The notes under the pieces are model-generated. The model ran no database searches, was not told where the DNA came from, and saw only the letters and a list, made by a program, of their open reading frames with translations. 64,000 bases of DNA, taken from IMG/VR virus record IMGVR_UViG_3300027985_000918, positions 186,001 through 250,000 of that record. One strand, 5' to 3'. This document shows, one piece after another, positions 17,310 through 24,623 of this stretch. A program made the position numbers and the translations under genes. How positions within the stretch are numbered: the stretch's first letter is position 1; each line of letters opens with the position of its first letter.

Positions 17310-18896
17310 TTAAATTGGCTTATAGCCCACCATGAAAGGTTCCCAAGATGGGCGGAGGGCAGTTCCGTACCCCTCCCATAGAGCGGCTTCGGATGAGGCG
17401 GCTTTCGTGAGGTACTGCACCCCAGCGGACCCGGCATCCCCTTCCCCCTTGAAACCGTCAACCTCCCCTGCGTTTTTCCGCTTGGAGTTGGGTCGGCTGG
17501 AGGGATTGACTCCTACCACCTCTCGCTGTTCCTCAACACCCAGATACTTGTCGATGCCCCTGCTGACGTTGAGGTTCTTCGGAAATCCGGAATTCCCCGT
17601 GATGAACACTTTGTCCTTGCGGCGAGCCAGGAAAGCACCTGAGGGCACCCGGACGCACCAGACAACACCCTTATACGAGGTCTCAGACTCTCGGAGATGC
17701 CGAGACTGGAACTGCGTCTGAGGGATCATGTGGAGGCTCACTGAGCCCTTGTCGAAGTTTACCCGCCCCTGGCGATCCATTAGGTGGGCCAGGGTCTGAA
17801 ACCAGACCAGATCCCGGGGGTCTTTCTGGTACAATACGGGACACCCGCTCTCGGTAGACCCGTCACTCTTGATGGCAACGCTCACGAAAGCGTGTTTTTC
17901 CTCCTGGCTCATCCCCCACAGTAGCTTCCAGGTGGGGTGTTTGCCCGGCAGGTCCTCCCGCACCCGCTGGGCCGTCTCTCCCGAGAAGAACCAACAGAAC
18001 TCGGTGTCCGGACGGCCCTTGTGCCCCCGATCACAAAGGGACACTTCGTGTTCTGGCACGAGCTTGTCCAGCAGATCCTGAATCTCCTGGACATGTTCGG
18101 GGTTGACCGAACTCTGATAAATGCGGACCCCCGTACCCTTGTCGTCGAAGCCGCCCTTCGCCCAAACCCATGCCAGAAGGCGAGCCCAGTCCGGACCCCC
18201 GATCCCCTGACCGTGGTGCATCCCAGCCAAAGGCAGGAACATGTGGTTCCACCGAGGGATCAGTCCAGCTTCCTTGACATCCCACTTCGGCTCGTACCAC
18301 GACCAGAGGCCCCCTGCCTCCATCTTACGGTGCTGGGGGCGATGGTAGACCCGGTGGTTGGGGGTCAGGAGCTGATCGGTATTGTCGTTGCGGAATACGG
18401 TCATCTGGCCCTCGAAAGGTGCCCGGATAACTTCTGCCACAGCCTCCAACTGGATGGTGCTGGTCTCCGCATCCCAGGCAGCCACCTTTTCCCCCTGCTG
18501 GACATCCACACCCAGCTTCCAGCCCTCAGCGGTCAGAATCTCGGTATCCTCGGACAAGCAGCCATAACCCCACGCCTCCATCTTGAGGTCCTGGAACCCC
18601 ACCTCTTCGAGCACCTGGGCCAAACGGTGGTAGGTTCGGGTGGCCGAGAACACCTTGACCACCCCACCGGGCTTGAGCTTTCGGTACACCAGGGACCACA
18701 GCTCAGCCGAGAAGGCAACACCGGAGCGGTCCCAGTCCTTGGACATGAATCCAATCTCAAGTCACTCGTAGGGAGGATCAGTGACGATTGCGACGACCGA
18801 GTCGTCGTCCATCTCCTGAATGCGGACAGTGCAGTCCCCAAGCAGGAGGCGGAACGTCAGATCCTCCCTACGAGCCTTGGCAATCTCCTTCGGCAC
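17310..18896 (-). CDS. Beta-class N4/N6 DNA methyltransferase, N-terminal catalytic fragment; in-frame TGA at 18762-18764; contains intein
   Basis: LLLGDC..IVTDPPYE*LEIGFMSKDWD..KLKPGG..TRTYHRL..WGYG|intein|SGFPKNLNVSRGIDK..WEGYGTALRPSWEPF..KP. It lacks the FxGxG motif. Start is GTG 18896 (GGAGG RBS) or ATG 18980. Confidence 0.85.
17592..18560 (-). mobile_element. Intein (323 aa) in DNA methyltransferase, probably degenerate LAGLIDADG
   Basis: Starts CLSEDTEILT and ends KVFITGN followed by Ser. Excision restores WGYG-SGFPK. Endonuclease block C reads LLAWVWAKG. Confidence 0.92.
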
Positions 18897-19069
18897 GAGG
18901 GTTTCCTCCAGTGAATGGTTGAACGAACATACCCAGGCTGCGGCACGAGTGGCAGGCCATCTGCTCTCGTGAGTGCGCATACTCCTCACGGGCTGAGAGA
19001 AAGCCTACCCCCTGTACCCACCTGTGGAAGGAGGGCTTCGGGGGGACCCCGTGAAAACAGTCTGGATGG

Positions 19070-19369
19070 CTATCTCCTGCCTTCTCGGTTGACGGAGCAC
19101 GCCTCGATGGCACTGCAGCTCTGGATCTCGGCCAGGCAAGTCGGGTTGAGGGCGTGACCCTGTTTCTGAGTGACCTCGCAGAATACCTGGCAGGTCGTCC
19201 CATCCTCCAGCGGGGCAGCCTCCGGGCACCTCAGCTCGGCCATCTTGTCGCAGGCTGCCTTGCACATGTGGGTGTCGTTGGGCTCAATAGGGTTCGGGCG
19301 GAGGAAACTGGTGCAGGACAGGGCACCCGCCAGCAACACCGCCCCCAGCAATGCGATCAGCTTCTTCAC
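19070..19369 (-). CDS. Cys-rich lipoprotein
   Basis: Signal peptide with lipobox MKKLIALLGAVLLAGALSC, then 8 further Cys in about 80 aa. Confidence 0.8.
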   Translation of the reverse strand: MKKLIALLGAVLLAGALSCTSFLRPNPIEPNDTHMCKAACDKMAELRCPEAAPLEDGTTCQVFCEVTQKQGHALNPTCLAEIQSCSAIEACSVNREGRR

Positions 19370-19372
19370 GGC

Positions 19373-20170
19373 TTACTCCTTGAAGGGCTCCCAGCCGGCC
19401 TGGGGGACCCAGAACGATTTGGAGACGGGAGAGGCAATGGTCTCGGGAGCCACGATTCCGAACCCGTCCTCCCCCCAGTAAGCCCCCCATGAGTTCTCGA
19501 TGATGAAGTTTCCGCCGACGAACCCCACAATGACGATGGCGTGACGACCCCTTTTCGCATCCTCTGCCACTGGCATCAACGGTCTTAGGGGACCGTTTTC
19601 CTTCCAGTGCATACTCCAGGCCCTATCCACGTTGGTCCCGAACACTACCGGGTTCCCCGCCCGGAGGCAGTTGATGACCTCGTCCACCCGGTTGTTGCCG
19701 GTGGACTGGATCTGGTAGAACGCCTTGACCTTGGTCAGGTACGCCTTCCGCATCGCCATGAAGCTGGGGGGCGTGTTGATCTTGTCCGGGTCGAACGGCC
19801 AATCCTTTTCCGGGGGAACGCCGAACCTCCGCAGAGCGTCAAAAGCGTGTCCGATGTAAGTTCCGTCGTCGACATGGGTCTCAGGAGGCTTCATCATCTC
19901 CCGGGCTAGGTAGTAGACAGCCATCCGACTCAAGTCCACATGGGCAGCATGACCGTACTTCTGGATGCGCTTGATCTCCAGAGCTTTAACCGTGGAGTTC
20001 GCCACACAGGAGTTGGTCCACTGCTGATCATGGCGGGGGCTGGAGAACGGACGGAGGTCGGGTTCGGGGTCTCCGCCGACGACCATCTTCGGCTTGAGCA
20101 GGGCTTCGTATGACCAGTGCTTCGAGGAGGCCGGGTCAGCTCGGAACCCCCCCAACGGATAGGTTCTCAT
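19373..20170 (-). CDS. Papain-like cysteine peptidase (family C1A)
   Basis: QQWTNSCVA (Gln, Cys), RHAIVIVG (His), IENSWG (Asn), WGEDGFG. Confidence 0.92.
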   Translation of the reverse strand: MRTYPLGGFRADPASSKHWSYEALLKPKMVVGGDPEPDLRPFSSPRHDQQWTNSCVANSTVKALEIKRIQKYGHAAHVDLSRMAVYYLAREMMKPPETHVDDGTYIGHAFDALRRFGVPPEKDWPFDPDKINTPPSFMAMRKAYLTKVKAFYQIQSTGNNRVDEVINCLRAGNPVVFGTNVDRAWSMHWKENGPLRPLMPVAEDAKRGRHAIVIVGFVGGNFIIENSWGAYWGEDGFGIVAPETIASPVSKSFWVPQAGWEPFKE

Positions 20171-20559
20171 TCTCTACTCTCCGGTGCATTCAGGTTCTTG
20201 AAGAATGTGTCAGCATCCTTCGACTTCTTGCCCAAAGCCTCCACCGGACAGCCCAAGGCACAAGACACTGACGTGCAGTTGTCTTTGTGCAGCAGGAGGA
20301 TATTGGTCGGAAACTTGCCTTCAGGGTTCCAAACGGCACGTTTCTTGAACGCCTTGTTAAAAACGAAACGGCCCTTTTCATTGTAGCTGTCCCCCTCCCA
20401 GGGGGAATTCACATCCAGGTTGGCAAGAGGAGGAGGGCCGTTGATGTTGGGAAGGCGAGCCCCATCAATGTCCAAAGCCCCCGTCCCATGGGTCAGCACG
20501 TTCTTGACAATGCTGGATTCCCCCAGTGGCTTCCGAACCATATGAATGGCGTACATCAC
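20167..20559 (-). CDS. Middle fragment of beta-class DNA methyltransferase
   Basis: MVRKPL..NVLTHGTGALDIDG..GKFPTNI..CP..L..TFF matches the central ARKPL..NVL.HGTGALNID..GRWPAN..RFF segment of phage N4/N6 MTases. Confidence 0.8.
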   Translation of the reverse strand: MMYAIHMVRKPLGESSIVKNVLTHGTGALDIDGARLPNINGPPPLANLDVNSPWEGDSYNEKGRFVFNKAFKKRAVWNPEGKFPTNILLLHKDNCTSVSCALGCPVEALGKKSKDADTFFKNLNAPESRE

Positions 20560-21353
20560 TCTCCTTCAAACATCAAGTCGAACAGGTTAGGCTCCGTTTC
20601 CACGAGTGCTTCCGCCGCATACCTTTTCTCAGTCTGGAGGTTCAGCAATCTCTGGCCGGGGTGAACCTGACTCCAGTGCTCCAGCCGTGCGGTGGCAATC
20701 TCCACGTACTCGGGCGTCATGTCGATGCCGGTGAAGTCGTGACCCGTCCGCAGACAGGCGATGCCCGTACTTGCCGTCCCCATGAAGGGGTCAAGGATGT
20801 GACCCTGGGGAACATCCCTCAGAAGGTTGTGGAGGAGCCTCCAGGGCTTTAGGGTTGGATGGTCGTTGTGGACCTCTTTGACCGTGCGGGAGGCCCCTGC
20901 ACGGGGGCTTCTGAGGCCATCCGAACCCTCTTTACGCCCGGTGGCCTCCGCCCCGGACTTACCTGGAAGATGCCCGCAGCCGGCTTCCCTTTCCGCTCGT
21001 CCTACCTTGGGGACGTAATGGAAGGGGTCCGTAGCGTCCTCGACCACCAGGATGGTGTCCCGGATCTCGAACCCCCCGTCTTCGAGGTTTACTGCCCCCC
21101 GGTGTCCGAGGGGGTTCCCCTCGGGAGCAACCACTAGCATGTGGGCTCCCGGCTTAAGGACCCGCATCATCTCAGCGGTGTCCTCTTCCGTCGGAGTCCC
21201 CACTGCCAGGATGCCCGTCACGGTCTCGTCTTTCACCGACGACCAGTTCATCTCCTGAATGTCAGGGATGAACATCGCCCCCGGGTGGGGATCCGGGGGC
21301 GACAGGAAGGTGAGCAGATACTTGACCATGTCCGAGGGGAGGGGTCTGCTCAT
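20556..21353 (-). CDS. C-terminal (SAM-binding) fragment of beta-class DNA methyltransferase with degenerate N-part
   Basis: RVLKPG and LEDGGFEIRD but no DPPY, then FHYVPK..RAEREAG, NDHPTLKP, ILDPFMGTASTG, FTGID..YVEIATARL. Confidence 0.88.
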   Translation of the reverse strand: MSRPLPSDMVKYLLTFLSPPDPHPGAMFIPDIQEMNWSSVKDETVTGILAVGTPTEEDTAEMMRVLKPGAHMLVVAPEGNPLGHRGAVNLEDGGFEIRDTILVVEDATDPFHYVPKVGRAEREAGCGHLPGKSGAEATGRKEGSDGLRSPRAGASRTVKEVHNDHPTLKPWRLLHNLLRDVPQGHILDPFMGTASTGIACLRTGHDFTGIDMTPEYVEIATARLEHWSQVHPGQRLLNLQTEKRYAAEALVETEPNLFDLMFEGE

Positions 21354-21994
21354 TTGCTCTCTCGAATCTCGTCCACGAGACCGTACTTAAGGGCGGTCTC
21401 GGGATCCAGCCACAGGTCCCGCTTGAGGGTTAGGGCCAACTTACGGGCCGGGATCTTGGTCCGCTCCTGGTAGATCGCCTTGACGTGATCCATCAATAGG
21501 GTGGAGTTCGCCAGATCGTCCTTCTGCTCCTCGAAAGTGCCACTGAACCACGTCGAAAGCTGGTGGATCAGAATGAACCCATGCTTGCCGATAGTCCGGT
21601 GGGTCCCCGCCACCGACATGAGGGTAGCAGCCGAAGCGGTAGCACCCTCGATGTGGGTGTGGACATCCAGTGGGCACTCCCGGATGGCGTCATGGAGGGC
21701 GAATCCGGCGAACAGGTCCCCTCCGTGAGAGTTGATGTGCAGATGGATAGGCGGTGGAACAACCCCCCACGTCAGGGCCATCCGCTGCAGGTCCAAAGCG
21801 GTCTCCCGGATGTCAAGGATGAGGGACGCCGCCGACTCTTCGGACACGTCCTCGTAGAAATACAGGTGGTTCCGATCCCGAGAGGATTCCTTCCCCAAGC
21901 TCATAGCCTGGGGCATTCCGGCCTTGATGATGGTGATCGGGGGCAGCTCTTCCACTTCTTCCGCCCCATTCGCCCAGTGTCGCCTTCGAGTCAT
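21350..21994 (-). CDS. clpP: ClpP-like serine protease
   Basis: LHINSHGG, ASAAT (Ser), LIHQ (His), KRDLWL (Asp), ALKYGLVDEI. Confidence 0.92.
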   Translation of the reverse strand: MTRRRHWANGAEEVEELPPITIIKAGMPQAMSLGKESSRDRNHLYFYEDVSEESAASLILDIRETALDLQRMALTWGVVPPPIHLHINSHGGDLFAGFALHDAIRECPLDVHTHIEGATASAATLMSVAGTHRTIGKHGFILIHQLSTWFSGTFEEQKDDLANSTLLMDHVKAIYQERTKIPARKLALTLKRDLWLDPETALKYGLVDEIRESK

Positions 21995-22003
21995 TCCCGC
22001 TCC

Positions 22004-23557
22004 TTAGTCCATTTCCAGAAGTTCGCCGAGAGCGTCGATCTCGGCCTGATCCTCGGGCTCCTGAGAACTGCCCGCCCCACCTCCCTCTCCAGGTGGGAGA
22101 TCGTGGCAGGTCAGAAGTCGCCTACAAGGCCATTCTACTCGGGCAACGAAGATGTTGAACGGGGCCTGGTCACGGGACTTCAGGCACTGGAACTGAGCAC
22201 GGTTGATTTCCCGTAGATCATCATCCACCCATGAGGCGGTGACGATGTCGGCAGACCGTTCGGCTTCGTTGGCGTAACTTAGGTGAGTCAAGTCGTAACG
22301 GGCCTGCTCGGTCCGTTCCTTTCGCTTCATAGCGGCCTTGTAACCTTCACGGTTGATCTGGAACAGGGCCACTACGGCGATCCCCATGCCCCGGTTGAAC
22401 GACATAGCGAGGCGCTTCAGGTCTCGGATGACCTCGTTCAGCCGCTCGGTGGTAGAACTGTTCCACTTCCTGGGGCTCATGAGCCCGACGTGGTCCACGA
22501 AGATTGTGGCGAAAGGGCTCTTGGCGAACAGGATCTCGGACTTGGACCGCAGGTCTGCCACGGTGAAGTCCGACTTGTCCGGGTCACCCACCTCGATGTG
22601 GATCTTGCCATACTCGTTGGCTGGGTTGTTCAGGTCCGGCACCACGTAGTTGAACAGGAATTCCCGCTCTGCCGAGTTCAGGACACCGTCTCGGATCTTC
22701 TGGTAATCCAGGCCCACCGACAGATCGGGGTGGCTCTGGAGCCCCAGCTTGTACCGGATATCCTTGAATTTTTCGTGCATCGAGTGCATGGCGTACAGGA
22801 TGCGCCGGCATTGGTTGTAGGGCATCTCCAGGCTGAAAATGACCGAGTCGTGCTTGTAGTAGACGGCCTGATTGTACATCCAGTTTAGGGCGAACGTAGA
22901 CTTCAGCCCACCCGTGAAGGCGGCATGAATCCACAGCTCGTACCTCTTGGCCCCACTGAGGGTCACATCCGCCTGCTGAAGACCCGTCATCTGGCCTACG
23001 CCGGCCAGGGGGTCTGCCTCGATCCGCTCGTACTCCGATTTGAAGTCTTCCCCGTCCGTCGTCACCTCACCGGAGAGACGAGTCCCCAGGGTGGGGGCCA
23101 CGATGTCGTGGCTCTGCTCCATCACATAGCGGGCAGCGTCAATGGGACCCTTGAGGTGCCGCTCGTTCTTGCCCTCCTTGATAATGATGCCGCCACTGGA
23201 GATAGCGGCAGCCTCCTTCATGATCTCTTCCCAGCGGCGGCGGCGGCGGTCCTCTGCCTTGTCCTCCAGCCTCTTCAGGAAGTCCCCTTTGGTTCGGGCA
23301 GGGAGGGGGCTGAGGACCGTCTCCAGACGGTCCACCACTTCCGTCTCGTTGCCTCTCTGGAAGTGCTGCTGGAGGGTGAGGAGGTCGGGGACATGGTTGT
23401 GGGACCGGACGAACGCCCGAATGAAGTTCCAGATGGCGATGTCTTCCGGGATGTCGAAGCCCAGCTCCGACTCCTGGAGAGCCAGGAAGTTGCGAAGGAA
23501 CAGGGTCTCGTTGTCATCGGGGGAAACCCGAAGGCAGGACCGAAGCAGAACCTTCAT
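22004..23557 (-). CDS. dnaB: DnaB-like replicative helicase
   Basis: Variant Walker A AFTGGLKST, FSLEMP, IFVDHVGLM, LFQINR, EAERSADIV, LKSRD. Confidence 0.85.
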   Translation of the reverse strand: MKVLLRSCLRVSPDDNETLFLRNFLALQESELGFDIPEDIAIWNFIRAFVRSHNHVPDLLTLQQHFQRGNETEVVDRLETVLSPLPARTKGDFLKRLEDKAEDRRRRRWEEIMKEAAAISSGGIIIKEGKNERHLKGPIDAARYVMEQSHDIVAPTLGTRLSGEVTTDGEDFKSEYERIEADPLAGVGQMTGLQQADVTLSGAKRYELWIHAAFTGGLKSTFALNWMYNQAVYYKHDSVIFSLEMPYNQCRRILYAMHSMHEKFKDIRYKLGLQSHPDLSVGLDYQKIRDGVLNSAEREFLFNYVVPDLNNPANEYGKIHIEVGDPDKSDFTVADLRSKSEILFAKSPFATIFVDHVGLMSPRKWNSSTTERLNEVIRDLKRLAMSFNRGMGIAVVALFQINREGYKAAMKRKERTEQARYDLTHLSYANEAERSADIVTASWVDDDLREINRAQFQCLKSRDQAPFNIFVARVEWPCRRLLTCHDLPPGEGGGAGSSQEPEDQAEIDALGELLEMD

Positions 23558-24621
23558 CGGCGACCTCCCTTCCGGCGACCCTGCCGGGGGCGCTTGTCCT
23601 GCTCTTCCTCCCGGGCCAGCATCCCCTTGCTCATCTGCTCCAGCCTCCGCTCTTCCTCGCTCATCCCCGAGGCCGGGGTGCTCACTTCTGCATCATCTCC
23701 TAGGGCCGACAACACCTCTTCGATGACCTCATCGGGAGTGTCCTCCTGGACCATGACCGGGACGTGGCTCGAAGTTGGGAGGAACGACATCGTCTTGATC
23801 CCACCAGCCCCGGAGTAACCCTTCTGCACTGCCTGGTCGATGCTCTCCCCTTCCGCCTGGGCGCCCTCTTCCCGCCGGGGCTTGTCAGAGAGCACCCGCC
23901 TCTCCCACATCTCCATATGCTCTGCGATCCGCTGGTCGAAGCTCACCTCCCAGGGCTCGGAGGGGGAGTCCACTACCCATGTGGGAAGCCCCGCCTGTTC
24001 CCGAATCCGCAAGGCCTCCAGGAGAACCTCTGGGGCGGCCTGGTTGCGGGCCGCCTTGACCCCAACCCGGATAACGAGCAAATCCCATCCTCCCACCAGG
24101 TCATCGATCCGGCTGTAGCGGTCCTCTTCTTCTTGCGTGTGACGATGCGTGTCCACCTCTTCGTCGAAGATCTCATTGGCCGTGTACAGCCAGGCCGTCA
24201 TCAAGGCCACGTCAGAGGTCACCTTGAACCGCCAACGACGGCCCTGGCGGTAGGCCGTCCAACCAAGATGGTTGCGGAGAGTCTCCAGATCGGCCGTCGC
24301 CCACAAGTTCTTCTTGACGAAGTCCAGAAGGACGGACCCGTGGAAAGGCTTGCACTTAGTCAAGTTCTTCCACCCCCTCTCCATGTTCAGGAGGGTGTCA
24401 CGGTGGAAGGTGCAAAGACAGGGCTTGGTCACCTCACCTACACTGAAGGGTGGCCTCTCTCCCTCGGGCATGGGAACAACCCCTCGCCCATGGCAACGCT
24501 TGCAGTCTGGCTTTCCGTCTCCCTGTGGATACTGGTGGTCTTTCCGGCCTGGCTTGATCCGATTGGACCCCAGACCGTAGTACATCTCGACGTACTTCTC
24601 TTGCTTGTTCTTCGTCGACAT
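23554..24621 (-). CDS. DnaC/IstB-like helicase-loader homologue, degenerate
   Basis: N-terminal CKRC..CLC Zn motif, and DLLVIRVG..LLEALRIR..LPTWVV resembling the DnaC C-terminal core. No GKT Walker A. Translationally coupled to dnaB. Confidence 0.6.
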   Translation of the reverse strand: MSTKNKQEKYVEMYYGLGSNRIKPGRKDHQYPQGDGKPDCKRCHGRGVVPMPEGERPPFSVGEVTKPCLCTFHRDTLLNMERGWKNLTKCKPFHGSVLLDFVKKNLWATADLETLRNHLGWTAYRQGRRWRFKVTSDVALMTAWLYTANEIFDEEVDTHRHTQEEEDRYSRIDDLVGGWDLLVIRVGVKAARNQAAPEVLLEALRIREQAGLPTWVVDSPSEPWEVSFDQRIAEHMEMWERRVLSDKPRREEGAQAEGESIDQAVQKGYSGAGGIKTMSFLPTSSHVPVMVQEDTPDEVIEEVLSALGDDAEVSTPASGMSEEERRLEQMSKGMLAREEEQDKRPRQGRRKGGRR

Positions 24622-24623
24622 CC

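Noticed and set aside
18762-18764. TGA as selenocysteine or as genome-wide recoded stop
   Set aside because: No Cys is expected at this position in the family, the downstream hairpin is not a convincing SECIS, and TGA terminates many coupled genes in this window.
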